Below, in pieces: positions 1 to 13,910 of a DNA stretch of 64,000 bases. The stretch's first letter is position 1. Each line of letters starts with the position of its first letter. The DNA is taken from NCBI GenBank assembly GCA_951406725.2, contig OX597831.1, forward strand, positions 78,616,001-78,680,000, read 5' to 3'. Source of the stretch: Octopus vulgaris (taxonomy: Eukaryota). Under the pieces are notes generated by a model. The model made no database searches. It had not been told where the DNA came from and saw only the letters and a program-made list of their open reading frames with translations. A program made the position numbers and the translations under genes.

Positions 1-201
1 CTGTCCGATCATACAGCCAGCCAGCTGCCTGCCTGCCTGCCTGCCAGTCGGCTCGGCCGCAAGACAGCAAAACATATGGACTGAGAGTCATGAAGATGTA
101 GAGATGGACATTTGATCAAATACAATCAATGAATACATAAATCTGGTTTCTGATCTATGTCCACTCTCGTTTTCTTGAAAGAACGATCGTTTGACATTTG
201 A

Positions 202-608
<407 letters not shown>

Positions 609-744
609 CAGAACAAAGTAACCATAGTTACAGATTTACAAAACCGCGTTTTCAGATTATTTCCATTGCACCGCTTCTACCTCGTTCCGACTAACTCTTT
701 ATGAATGGAATTCATATGAGTGCCTGCTTATGTGTGTGTGTGTA

Positions 745-780
<36 letters not shown>

Positions 781-916
781 TCAGTGTGTGTGTACGCGCG
801 TGTTCCTTTGTATGGTTCCATGACCATCACTTGCATCCGGTGTGATTATATTTGCGTTCTCCAAAGTGACCGATAGAATAAATGTCAGATGTAAAAAAAA
901 AAATTGAAAAAAACTA

Positions 917-1059
917 CGTAAGAAACTTGCCACCCAACTACATGATTCCAGGTTCGGTCCCACTGCGTGGAATCTTGGGCAAGTGTCTTCTACCATACCC
1001 TCTGGCCAACCAAAACCTTGTGAGTGGATTTGGTAGATGAAAACTGGAAGAAGCTCGTC

Positions 1060-1060
<1 letters not shown>
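917..1060 (+). mobile_element. tRNA-derived SINE family A, 5' half
   Basis: B-box-like ggttcggtccc, CORE-like cttgggcaagtgtctt, gtgagtggatttggtaga; matches full copies at 14389 and 45373. Confidence 0.8.
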
Positions 1061-1108
<48 letters not shown>

Positions 1109-1109
<1 letters not shown>

Positions 1110-1534
1110 ATGCAAATACTTTATAATTATAAACATAATTATAACCCGGGTCAGCTAATTGCTTCACCACGCACCGAATTTAGAAATAGGAGTTAAATTG
1201 CCTTTTCTACTACCATAGAGATCTCCCAGATAGTAACTATGCGATAACGCTTGATCGCGTACATATTTAAATCTAGCACTCTCAAATTTATATCTTGAAT
1301 TTCTGCACTGAAAATGGGAAATAAGTAAATATTACTTTATTTTAATCTCGAAACGCGTATGTAGCTAATCGGAGACGTGTGGATTCGTTACTTTTTCTTT
1401 TTGCCTACGTAAAAAAGTGTGTTACTGTCAGGGAGATCTCTATGTTAGCGGAAAGGCATTTTAGCTTCTATTTCTAAATTCGGTGCGTGGTGAAGAGATT
1501 ATAATTATATTTATTATTATAAAATATTTGCATA
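1109..1534. mobile_element. Fold-back element with ~115-130 bp imperfect inverted arms and an internal hammerhead-like motif
   Basis: 1109-1237 (tatgcaaatac...cttcaccacgcaccgaatttagaaatag...gagatctccc..gtaac) is the reverse complement of 1421-1534. Confidence 0.8.
1303..1364 (+). ncRNA. Minimal type I hammerhead-like motif, G8 changed to A (probably decayed)
   Basis: ctgca-CTGAAAA-t-GGGA...TCTC-GAAA-CGCG-TA-tgtag: helix I, helix II, palindromic loop III, GUA triplet. Confidence 0.6.
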
Positions 1535-2079
1535 ATTTTAACTAAAAAGGTTATTTTAACGTACCGGACTACTTGGTAAAATTATTAATTAATGGACTAA
1601 TTAATTTTACCCTTTTATTATTATTATTATTATTAATATTTATGTATATATATACATACATACATACATCACCCTCCTCACTCTCACCTTTCCTCTTCTC
1701 CCTCCTCCCTCCTCCCTCTTCTTCTCCTCTTTCCTTTTTCCCCCTCTTCCCCATCTCACCCTACCCCCTCATCTCTCCTCCCCCTCCTCCCCTCTCCCCC
1801 TCATCTCTCCTCCCCCTCCTCCCCTCTCCCCCTCATCTCATCTCTCTACATTACACATCACATACATATATACATATACACGTCCAGACCTTTCATACGC
1901 ACTACATACTCTCTCATACACACACGCACCCTTATGTTGGGGCGAAGTCATTTGACCCTGTTATCTCCCCTACTTTCGCTCTCACGTTTGATCTCTGACT
2001 TCTGGCCGTAATCAGATCGCCATGTTGAATCGCTAGCTTCTGCACGCATTTTTTTTCTCTCCTTGTTTTTTTCTGTGTA

Positions 2080-2117
2080 TCTTTCTGTTGAAGAGCGTAG
2101 GCTCGAAACGTAAAAGA
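2080..2117 (+). ncRNA. Minimal type I hammerhead-like motif, A6 changed to U, in a probable PLE terminal remnant (~1930-2215)
   Basis: tcttt-CTGTTGA-a-GAGC-gtag-GCTC-GAAA-CG-TA-aaaga. Confidence 0.65.
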
Positions 2118-2239
2118 CTTGTTTTATTTATATTCCTGAGCGCCATACTAATACAATTGTTTGTTTGTACTCCACCTGCCTTCGCTTTTGTTTATCTTCA
2201 TAAAGCTTCCCGTTACATATATATATATATATATATACG

Positions 2240-2460
2240 TATTTCTGTGTCTGTGCTTGGCCCCACCACCATCGCTAGACAACCGATGTTTGTGTGATTA
2301 TGTACCCGTAACTTAGAATTTCGATAAAAATGACTAATAGAATAAGTACTAGGCTTACAAAGATTTAGTCCTGGGGTCGATTTATTCGACTTAAAAAGGC
2401 GGTACTCCAGCATTGCCGCAGTCAAATGACTGAAAGAATTAAGAGAATAAAAGAGTAAAA
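2240..2460 (+). mobile_element. SINE family A, 3' half
   Basis: gacaaccgatg...gaataagtactaggcttacaaaga...gccgcagtcaaatgactgaa, with (AAAAGAGT)-like tail. Confidence 0.85.
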
Positions 2461-2712
2461 TAGAAGGGGGCCGATTGCCCCAGTATGGCCGCAGTCCAAT
2501 GTCAGAAACATGTCAAAGAAAAAAATTTCTGTGGTTATGATCGTGTCGTGGTAGTTCCAGTGAATGGACCAAGCGGCAAGTTGTGTTTTTAGGCAAGACA
2601 AATTATCTCAACATTATTTACATTTTACAGAAAATTATCCTCATCGGAACGACGCAATGCGAATAATCTGAAAATGCGCTTTTGTAAAGCAGTAACTATG
2701 GCTACTTTGATG

Positions 2713-2746
<34 letters not shown>

Positions 2747-2875
2747 TGTATGTATGTATGTATGTATGTATGTATGTATCTATCTATCTATCTATATATC
2801 TATCTAGTTTGCCAGCTAGCAACCTAGCTAGCTGTCTGTTCACCCGTCTGTCTCTGTCTGTTTAACTATATGCTC

Positions 2876-2948
2876 ACGGCATATGGCAAAGTGGTAAAAG
2901 AGCGCAGGCTACTAACCCCAAGATTCCGAGTTCGATTCCAAGCAGTGA

Positions 2949-3035
<87 letters not shown>

Positions 3036-3080
3036 CAACAACAACAACATCGGAAAATACCTTAGGAATGAGGACCCGCG
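2876..3080 (+). mobile_element. Short tRNA-headed SINE with internal (AAT)n
   Basis: A box tggcaaagtgg and B box gagttcgattcc, no proper acceptor stem, then (AAT)n(AAC)n. Confidence 0.6.
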
Positions 3081-3089
3081 CCCTTAACC

Positions 3090-4210
3090 ACTACCACAAT
3101 CACCATCACCAACGCCACCACCACCATGACCATCACAACAACCACCATGACCCCCATGACCACCACAACCACCACAACCACCACCACAACCACCACCACC
3201 AGCATCACTACAATCGCCTCTGCTACTATCACTAAACGCTGTCACTATACTACAATTAACACAATAATTTATGCTACCATAACCATCAGCAGCAGCATCA
3301 CAACGATCATCACCATCACTGTTAGTAATACTATAAGAATTACTAATATTCTCGCCACTCCCGCATGGCCATCACCAAGAGGTTTATTCAGCAGATGCGT
3401 AACTGCAACCGAGAAACCTACCATCGCCATCATCACAATCGCCAGTAGCACCGATGCCGTGATTACTACTGCCAGGCCCTGCACCAACAGTAGCCAGTCG
3501 TTCCAGCTACAAGCAAGGATGACAAGCTCCCACCATAACCACCACTAATAACAACAACATCAAATCTTTATATCACTGGCACCACCAAAAGAACCGCCAT
3601 CATAATCAACATCATCATCATAATCATCACCATCGTCGTCGTCATCATTATCAGCATCAGCATAATCATTATGCTTATCATCACCATTATCATCATCATT
3701 ATTATCGTCATTATCATTGCCCTCATCATCACCTGTCGTCGTCGTCGTCGTCATTACTGTTACCATAATCATCACCATTACCATCATCACTCTCATTATC
3801 ATCCTTGTCGTATTCAATGTCACCATCGTCATCATGATCAGCACCATCATCATTATCATCATCATAGACCTAATCATCATCATGGTCATCCTACTACTCC
3901 TCCTCCTCCTCCTCCTCCTCATCATCATCATCATCATCTTCCCCGTCGTCGTCGTAATCGCCGTTGTCGTGTTCGTGGTCATTATCATACCACCTACCAC
4001 TGTACACTCAACAACACCACTGCCAATAATAATATATACCACCACCACCATCAACAACAACAACAACAACAACAATAACAGCGACAACTCCATCCTACCA
4101 TCACCACCAGAATAAACAACAACCACAACAACAACAGCAACTAGCACCACTAACAACAAGTAAGTCAACACTACAAACACACACACCACCACAAATACCC
4201 CCACCATCTT
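3090..4210. repeat. Cryptic trinucleotide low-complexity tract (ACC/ATC/AAC/GTC)
   Basis: Direct reading. Similar tracts at 7970-9500, 21750-22230, 34465-34790 and 62680-63960. Confidence 0.9.
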
Positions 4211-5699
4211 GCTACCAGCTGCCTCTATTCCTCTCCCATACCACCAAGCATTAACACAGTGGTATGCCAGCCAATAAAAAGTGATATGCTAGTATCCAAT
4301 ATATCCTGAGGCTAACAATCTAAAGATCGTCTCACAGCAACAAATTAAGCCTTAAATGAAAGTCATATTAAAAAGTCACCATCACTGGAGCAATGGCGGA
4401 CGAGCGTTTTTAGCTTTGCGGTTTTGGCGTTCATTTTGTTTGAATTTAACTTGCTCTTAACCTTCATTATCTGACTTGAAGTAAATTCCCTTCTTGTGTT
4501 AAGTCTTTTGCAAGGCATCTTTATTATATTATGTTTTGTTGCATTTTTATTTAAAATTATATTTTTATTTATAATGCTTCATTTATTTCTTCACTATATA
4601 TATATGTGTTTGTGTGTGCGCGCGCCTTTGTGTGTGATTGCGAAATTGTGTGTGTGTGTGTGTGTGTGCGTATACATACACACACGCACACACCTAAATA
4701 TATGCATATATATATCCACATATATTTATGTATATATACATGTGTTTAAGTATGCAAATGTAAATATACACACACACACACACATACACACACACATACA
4801 CACACACACACACTTATATAAACATCTATGTGTCGTTGTGTGTGTGAGTGCGTGTGTGTATATATATATATATGCGTGTGTAGTTATGTATTTTTTATGT
4901 AAGATATATATTATTTTTATGTATATGTGTATACATACATATATATGTATATCTATATATGTATGTATGTGCATATATATGTATACACTCTCACACATAT
5001 ACACACACATATATATATATAATTGCGTATGTGAGCTCGTGTAAATGTATGTATACTAATGAGAATATGTTGCACAAGGGAGATGGTTAAGAATTTTACA
5101 AGAAAAACGGAAAAACAACAAGGCAAACGAACGCAAACATTCCCCACCATCGTCTGTTTCCAACCAAATATCATACCACTAGCGACACCTTCCGACAATA
5201 TAGTTTAATTTCTGTACGCTGCTTGTGTACACAAGTTGTTCCCCATTTACCCATGCACGCGCACATGCGTGGCGTTGCTGCTACTCTTGTTGGTGGTGAT
5301 GTGCAGCAGTTTTTGTTGTCGTTGTTGCTGTTGTTGTTGTCGTTGATGTTACGGCGGTGGTGGTGAAGTGTAAACACACCACCATCAACAACAAGTATAT
5401 TATGTGAAAGTTAGGGTTATGTTCGTTTTTAATTTTTTATTAGAATATCTTCTTGTATTTTCTTATTAAATCTGTGATTAATTTGGAACACTAATCCGGC
5501 TTCTAAATCCATTTGTTCACAAAAACTTTTCAAAATAATCTTGGTGTTATGGTCTGGAAAATATGATAGAAGTAACAAGGTGTGACTCGTGCGCTTTATG
5601 GTAGGGTCATAGAAATATTCATATAATTAACAAAATCGTCAACGCCGATTTCAGGTGTTATTTTATGTATCGACATTTTTTTTTTTTTGCATTTTACTA

Positions 5700-6117
5700 T
5701 TACTCTTTTAGTCTTTTACTTGTTTCAGTCATTTGACTGCGGCCATGCTGGAGCACCGCCTTTAATCGAGCAACTCGACCCCGGGACTTATTCTGTTGTA
5801 AACCCAGTACTTATTCTATCGGTCTCTTTTGCCGAACCGCTTAGTAACGGGGACATAAACACACCAGCATCGGTTGTCAAGCAATGCTAGGGGGACAAAC
5901 ACAGACACACAAACACACACACACACATACATACATATATATATATATACATATATACGACAGGCTTCTTTCAGTTTCCATCTACCAAATCCACTCACAA
6001 GGCTTTGGTCGGCCCGAGGCTATAGTAGAAGACAAAAGCCCAAGGTGCCACGCAGTGGGACTGAACCCGGAACCATGTGGTTGGTAAACAAGCTACTTAC
6101 CACACAGCCACTCCTGT
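5700..6117 (-). mobile_element. SINE family A, full length
   Basis: Reverse complement begins ggagtggctgtgtggtaagtagcttg, has an internal TA/TG microsatellite and ends in the AGTAAAAG tail. Confidence 0.92.
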
Positions 6118-6418
6118 TCCATTATTAATTAAATTCTTCGTGGAATTTTTTATAAAACGGTCAACTAATTCTTTATAAGGCCGTATACTGTATGATGTTT
6201 TACAATGGGCCCTTGTTAAAAATGAAACAGTAGATGAGAAAGTGTACCCCACGTAACAGTTTTAGCTCACGCTGGCATGAAAGGTTTTTAATTCTAGGGA
6301 TTTCTGGCAACCAGTTTAGGGAACATAGGTATGGTATACATTTTGTTCTGGTTTATTAGTTCCTTAGTGGCATATTCATGCATACACACATGCATACATA
6401 CATACATACATACATACA

Positions 6419-6492
<74 letters not shown>

Positions 6493-6589
6493 GGTCCCGG
6501 GTTGAGTCGGGGTTAACCACAGTAAATAAGGTACTCAATACATAGCAGAGTAAAGTAATTTATCTACTTTACTCTAAAATAAGCTCCTT

Positions 6590-6665
<76 letters not shown>

Positions 6666-6914
6666 TGTGTGTAGGTGTTTAATACGTTCATTCACCTCAG
6701 GTAGTTTAATAACAGATGCTCTCATCCTGAGTGACAACGCTCTTTTCTATCTCTTCTACAGTCTCTGATGATTGGTATAGTTCCGAAACGTTATCCACTA
6801 CACTCGTAACGTTATAATTGCAAAAGGAAATGTCATATATTCAAAATGGCAAACTAGATACAATAAATAAAATATCAGATATGTATTTAATCAAAATCAG
6901 GAAATTAACTGATG

Positions 6915-7290
6915 TCTGTTACTGTTTCCAGTCTTTGGTCTGCGGGCAAGCTGAGGTACAGCCTTGAAGAGTTTGAGTCGAACTCGACCGCAAAACTTAT
7001 ATTCTATCGGGCTCTTTTGTTGAGCCGCTGGGTTACGGGACGTAATCAAACCAGCATCGTGAGTGATAAATATAAACACAGACATGCATATACACACACC
7101 CACTCATACACAAACACACACAACTGCACATGAACATATATGACAGGCTTCCTTCAGTTTATGTTTGAAATCCACCCGCAAAGCCTCTCGGTGGCCCAGG
7201 GTTATAGTAGATGTTCGTCAAAAGTTTTACGCAGTGGACTTGAACCCGGACCCATGTGGTTGGGAAGCAAACATCTTACCGTAAAACCAC
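6915..7290 (-). mobile_element. SINE family A, diverged copy
   Basis: gcagtggacttgaacccggacccatgtggttgggaagc; ccagcatcg; tattctatcgg. Confidence 0.75.
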
Positions 7291-7337
7291 GGCGAAATAC
7301 ATTTAAAACGTAAAATAAAGTAAAATGACAAAAAACA

Positions 7338-7610
7338 CGGAAACTGAAAGAAGCCTGTCGTATATATGTATATATATATATATGTGTGTGTGTATATGTT
7401 TGTGTGTCTGTGTTTGTCCCCCTAGCATTGCTTGACAACCGATGCTGGTGTGTTTACGTCCCCGTCACTTAGCGGTTCGGCAAAAGAGACCGATAGAATA
7501 AGTACTGGGCTTACAAAGAATAAGTCCCGGGGTCGATTTGCTCGACTAAAGGCGGTGCTCCAGCATGGCCGCAGTCAAATGACTGAAACAAGTAAAAGAG
7601 TAAAAGAGTA
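7338..7610 (+). mobile_element. SINE family A, 5'-truncated
   Basis: Near-identical to the reverse complement of 5700-5980. Confidence 0.9.
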
Positions 7611-8478
7611 CGGCAGAATTTGAACTCATAGCATGAAGATACAAAACTAGAAGCTGCAAGCCAATTTAGTTGTGTCGTCTATCGATTCTGGCACTCCATC
7701 TACTTCCGGTTTCAAATATTTGCTTGCTATCAGTGACTGCGAGTCGAAAGTCAAACGAAGAAGCGTAATGAGAAAATATAGGCCCAAAAGATTTATATTT
7801 AACCCGAGGCTTATCTAACAACCGGTCGTAAAATATCTTGTCACGTGGGGTGGGGTGGGGGGTGGGGAAGCAATATTTTCTTAAATCCATTTAAACACTA
7901 ACTTTTGTGTTCTCCTGCTAATCCAGAGGGCGCTTTTATGCAATGACGTCATTTTATTTGTTTGTACCGCTTACAACAACTATCACCGCGTCCACCACCA
8001 AATCAACCACCACCACCACCACCACCACCACCACCACCACCACCACCACCACGACAATTACCCCACCCCCACCCAACACCCCAACACCCCAACCCCATCA
8101 CCACCACCACCACCACCATCACCAGAACAGTCAATGCAGTCCCCACCACTCCCACCGACTTCAATATTAATTGCCACACTACAACCGCTACAGCAACTCT
8201 TATCATTACCTTCATCATCATCACCACCACTATCGTCGCCTCGACATCAACATTACAACAACCACAGCCGCCGCCACCCTCACAACAACCACAACTAACA
8301 CACCCACCAACAACACCGACACCCCCACTACCACCAATATCACTACTACTACTACCACTAACACTCCCACCGCCACTATCCGCACCACTACTGCTACCAT
8401 CACCATCATTACTACTACAACATCCACCACTACCATTACCACTTTCAACGTCCCAGCCAACGCTAATACCGTCATCTT

Positions 8479-8487
<9 letters not shown>

Positions 8488-8523
<36 letters not shown>

Positions 8524-8555
8524 CGCTGCTGCTGCTGCTGCTGCTGCTACTACTA

Positions 8556-8599
<44 letters not shown>

Positions 8600-8606
8600 A
8601 CTACTA

Positions 8607-8638
<32 letters not shown>

Positions 8639-8709
8639 ACTACTGCTGCTGCTGCTGCTGCTACTACTACTACTGCTGCTGCTGCTGCTCTGCTGCTGCT
8701 GCGCTGCTG

Positions 8710-8741
<32 letters not shown>

Positions 8742-8750
8742 ACTGCTGAC
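8488..8750. repeat. Interleaved (CTA)n/(CTG)n trinucleotide repeat
   Basis: Direct reading. Source of the poly-L and poly-A/T ORFs. Confidence 0.95.
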
Positions 8751-9685
8751 TACTGCGACTACAAACTCAACATTATCTTTCGTTACCACAGTCAGCACTA
8801 TCTCTGCTACCACTATCAGCACTATACCAGTACCATGTCCTATACTATCCTATAATATCAACCCATCTACCACTGCTTAAACCACAGGACAACTAGTTAA
8901 TACAACCAACACCACCAACATTACTGCTGTCGCCACCACCACTGCGAGAACAGCAACAACAACCACCACTTCCACTGCTGCCAATGCTACAATTGTCACT
9001 ATTTCCACGACCATCAATTGAAACCACCGCCACCACTAGCACAAATTATACCATCACCACCACCGTCACCAAACTGCCGTCACCACCATCACCACCACCA
9101 CTGTAACCACAACCAGTACCGCCATCACTACAACCACTATCACCACCACCGCCGACGCCACCACCACCACCACTACCACCACCACCACTATCATCGCCAC
9201 CACTATTACCATCACCACCACCACCACCACTACCACCACCACCACTATCATCGCCACCACTATTACCATCACCACCACCATCACCACTACCACCACCACC
9301 ATCACCATCATCACCACCAACACTAATACCACAAACTAAACCATCGCCACCATCACTACCACCACAACCACAACTACCACCAACACTACCACAAACTACA
9401 CCTTCACTACCACCGCCGCCACTCCCACAAACTACATCATCACTACCACTGTCTTTATCATAAGTACCACCACCACTCATACCACCACCATCAACTGAAC
9501 CTTTATATATATACATCAGCTATCGTTGGTTGTTACTAAAGAACTGTTTCACCTTTAAATCATTGTCGCCGTTTCCTTCTTTCCACCGAATCCAAATAAC
9601 CAGTTCCAGGTCTTTGATGAGGAGTTAAGGAAGTCATTTCCTTAGTTCTATCTCGAAAAATAATCAACTTAACCATGATATATAT

Positions 9686-9763
<78 letters not shown>

Positions 9764-9856
9764 ATGTATACATGTGTGTATATGCGTATATGTGTATGAA
9801 TGCATGCATGTGTTTGTATACATGCGTACATATATATATATATGTATAACTATCTA

Positions 9857-9935
<79 letters not shown>

Positions 9936-10017
9936 TGACATTAAAACCGTCCACTTTCTAATCTCGTAGAGACAGTCGATGAATCTTTTGCTGATATTCA
10001 AATGAATTATATTGATT

Positions 10018-10094
<77 letters not shown>

Positions 10095-10299
10095 CACATA
10101 CTACCTTCACATATTTCTGTTCAGGCGCGTGGCTGTCAGTGTGTCACAGCCATTTGGATTGACCTCGCGGTCGTACGTTTCATTATTTTATCATTTCCAA
10201 ACAATGGGGGAAAAAAAAATCTTATCTGGTCCTCGCTTTGGATTTGAACTCCGAAGTAATGAGACTTTTTTGTTTTTTGTTTTTCTTTTGTCTTTAATA

Positions 10300-10702
10300 G
10301 CGCACGCGTGGTTGTGTGGTAAGAAATTTTCTTCCCAAACACATGGTTCCTGGTTCAGTCCTACTGGGTGGCAACTTGGGCAACAGTCTTCTAATATAAC
10401 CTCGGGCTGACCAAAGCCTTGTCAGTGGATTTGGTAGACGGAAACTGAAAGAAACCCGTCGTGTATATGCATATATGTATATATATTTATGCGTGTGTGC
10501 TTCTGTGTTTGTCCCCCCCCCCCAACCAATGCTTGACAACCGATGTTGGTGTGTTTATGTGCCCGACACTTAGTGATTCGGCAAAAGGGACCAGGAGAAT
10601 AAGTACCAGGCTTACAAATAGTAAGTCCTAGGGTCGCTTTCTTCGACTAAAGCCGGTGCTCCAGCATGGCCGCAGTCAAATGATTGAAACAAGTAAAAGA
10701 GC
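10300..10702 (+). mobile_element. SINE family A, full length
   Basis: Same head, core and tail as the other copies. Confidence 0.9.
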
Positions 10703-10756
10703 GTATATATTTATTTATCTATTCATCTCCCTATTTTTTTTATGGCAGTCACACAA

Positions 10757-10787
<31 letters not shown>

Positions 10788-11108
10788 CGTGTGTGAGAGT
10801 GTGCGCGTGCGCGTTTCTAAAAAACGGTGTTATGGATGGGTAAGGTAAGTTAGCGGTTCTTATGTTGGTACATTAACGAAACTCTTTACGAGGCCATCGC
10901 AGCCATTCTGAGTTCCGTTAGATTGTTTGCTAGGAACAAGCACAACCGACATTATAACAAGAAACTGCTGCGAGAAAGGAAGCCGATCAAACAACACCAT
11001 TCTTGTTGTTTTCGGTCATACTTCTGTTGTCTCTGCTTCCTGTGTTGTTCTCCTGTATTTTTCTCTGTTCGGTTTCGAAGGTTTAAATACACCCCTATTC
11101 CTCACCTG

Positions 11109-11166
<58 letters not shown>

Positions 11167-11225
11167 GTCTGTCTATCTATCTATCTATTTATCTATATAT
11201 CTATCTATCTATCTATTTATCTATA

Positions 11226-11271
<46 letters not shown>

Positions 11272-11285
11272 CTTATCTATCTCTC

Positions 11286-12180
11286 TTCAGGACGACTTTC
11301 GGGCCAGGGCCCATGGACAACTTCCAGAGATCCCTGGCCTGGCAGTGCTACCGAGAAGCGCTACCCGTTCGGGATAATCTCTATTGACACAGCTCGAGAA
11401 ACACGGGGCCGACATGCCCGAGATGCGGGCAGAGCGACGAAACCGGTCTGCACGCACTCGTGCAGTGTCCAACAATTTCCGACCTGTGGGCTTATGTTGA
11501 ATAACTGCTGTCACGTGTAGGACGAGTCGGTTTATCAGCCGAGTCTATCGTGAATATTGTCACGCCTCCTTCCTTCAAACGGGAAGGAAGAGCTATTTTC
11601 ATCACCCTTGTGGCTATGGGGAAAGAATGTATCTGGTGGACGCGTCTGAAAGGATTGGAGACTAACACTTTCCTCTCAGGTCAATCTCTCATCAACTTCT
11701 TCAAGTATCACTTGAAAAGGAAAGTGAGAGTAGAGAGGCAAGTTTTGTCTAGCGAATACTTCAAAAAAAGATAGGTGAATGTAGCAAGGATGGCACGCAT
11801 GAATGACGAAGCCACCTTGAGCACAATCCTATGAACCCGGAAATTTAAAACAGAGGGTTACCTACTTGCAAACAAATGTGGTAACATGTAACAATATTGA
11901 CCGTGGTTACCGTGGTTTTTCCGTAGGCTTTTCATCCCACGGATAAACCTAATCTGCTTCCCCCTTTACACCTTAAATCATGACACTGTGATACACGATC
12001 CCTATTGATCATTTTTTTCTTTTCTTTTCTTTTTTTCTTCTCCTTTTTTTCTTCTTTCCCTTTTCCGATCCCTTTTGATCGAAAATCTACCCGACCCTTT
12101 TTTTTCCCCAAAAAAAGAAAAGCTTTACTTTGTAATCTGTCGCGTCTGTGTGCAGCCCTGTGTGGTTAATAAAGAAACAT
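11286..12180 (+). mobile_element. 5'-truncated L1/Tx1-like LINE: ORF2 C-terminus with CCHC zinc knuckle (in-frame stops) plus 3' UTR
   Basis: Reading through stops gives LAWQCYREALPVRDNLY*...TCPRCGQSDETGLHALVQCPTISDLWAYVE*...KECIWWTR; T-rich 3' UTR ending aataaagaaac; flanked by (TCTA)n. Confidence 0.8.
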
Positions 12181-12360
12181 ATCTACCTAGCTATCTATCT
12201 ACCTCTTTTTCTATCTATCTACATACTTCTCTATGTACATATATATCTATGAATCTACGGAGACATTTACATATATCTATGTGTGTATCTGTTTATCTAG
12301 CAATCAAGCTCTCTAAATATATATGCATGTATATACATATACCTACATATGTAAATGTGT

Positions 12361-12655
12361 GAAAGTGCGTGGCTTAGTGGTTATGGAATTCGTGAGTTCA
12401 ATCCCCGGCGGCGTGCTGTGTCCTTGAGCAAGACACTTTATTTCACGTTGCCCCAGTTGCCAAAATTAAGAGGAGTACCAGTATTTCAAAGGGCCAGCCT
12501 TGTCACTCACTGTCACGCTGAATCTCCCCGAGAACTACGTTATGGGTACATGTGTCTGTGGAATACTCAGCCACTTGCACGGTAATTTCACGAGCAGGCC
12601 GTTCCATTGATTGGATCAGCTTGGCCCCTCGTCGTCGTAACCGACGGAGTGCTCC
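12361..12655 (+). mobile_element. tRNA-derived SINE family D
   Basis: gtggcttagtggtta, gagttcaatccc, gtccttgagcaagacacttta, tail ...cgtaaccgacggagtgc; related sequence at 14828-15138 and 62222-62307. Confidence 0.8.
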
Positions 12656-13258
12656 TATATAAATGCACATATGCATAAACCCATCCACAGAGAAATACAC
12701 ACGTGCGAATATATCAACACGTGTATATACCAATATATATTGGTGCATATTTATTTCCATGTGCGAGCTCTTCTTGTCTCTCTCTCTCGCTCTCTCTCTC
12801 ACTCTCTCTCTCTCACTCTCCCTCCTCTTTTCCTCTCTCCACTCCAGCCCCTCTCTCCTTATCTATTTGCACCATGGGTAGTATGTTAATAGTATGACGA
12901 TTAAAGCACTTTCACCGTTTAGGCTACCTGATGTCATCCATAGTTATTGTATAATTGTCATGTGTGTGGGTGTGTTTACGAATCTATAAAATGGCTCAAG
13001 TCTTAGCCTTGAGGGTTAAGTACACAGGAAAAGATGAGTCAACGACAAATGTCTTCGATATGTATGTATAAACATATACGTCTATATATACATATATATA
13101 TATACACTTATATATATGCGTGTGTGTATATATATATATATGTAGTATATATGTACATATATATATTTATATATATGTATATGTGTATATATATATATAT
13201 ATATGAGTGTGCGTGTGTGTGTATACATACGCACACACACACAGACACACACACATAC

Positions 13259-13305
<47 letters not shown>

Positions 13306-13645
13306 TCGTTTTCATTATACTGTTTTATAAATACGGACACTACTAATGAGTAAGACGCTAAAATGGCTGAAATTCCCAAAGGATGCACAAGGCATACCTG
13401 CTAACTTCTAGGTTGACCCTTTAACATTTAAATTGGCCATATCCTGCCAATAGCTGCTTTATGTTCATACAGGCTAGATCCAGCCTTTCTAACCTCACCT
13501 ACAATGCCATTCTAGAAATAAATATACACATGATTGAGTTCCTTAAGTTCTGAATTATTGCAAGGATTAATTCGAAACAATGAGGAATAATTAAGCCCCA
13601 CATTTAACAAAGTAATCTGAATGCTAATGGGTGGAGTATTTAAAT

Positions 13646-13876
13646 CAGGGATCGGGGAACATTTTTTAAAATTACCCCAAAATATATTTATTTACAACTA
13701 CGTTACCCCCTTGATTTGGAGAGAAGAAAAAATCGAAGAATCTTTGAATTCAAATGTTTTATTAAAGGAATACGTTTCTTTATATAATTTTAGTTTTGTC
13801 TAACAAGCTCTCATTACCCGCGAGGAATTTCATTTCTATCAACGTTGGGTAACTTACCCCGATTCGCCGACCCCTG
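13646..13876. mobile_element. hAT-type MITE
   Basis: TIRs cagggatcgg / ccgacccctg; 8-bp TSD atttaaat / atttaagt. Confidence 0.75.
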
Positions 13877-13910
13877 ATTTAAGTGCATCAAATATTAGTA
13901 TTCTGTTTCT

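Noticed and set aside
2876-2950. Possible tRNA gene
   Set aside because: A and B boxes are present but there is no acceptor stem or full cloverleaf; better explained as a SINE head.
9608-9670. TTGATGA-hairpin-CTC-GAAA hammerhead candidate
   Set aside because: U3-G8, and no helix I or helix III pairing.
13414-13632. Possible piggyBac-like MITE (ccctttaacatt / aatgctaatggg)
   Set aside because: Ends are degenerate and TTAA sites are not intact; insufficient support.
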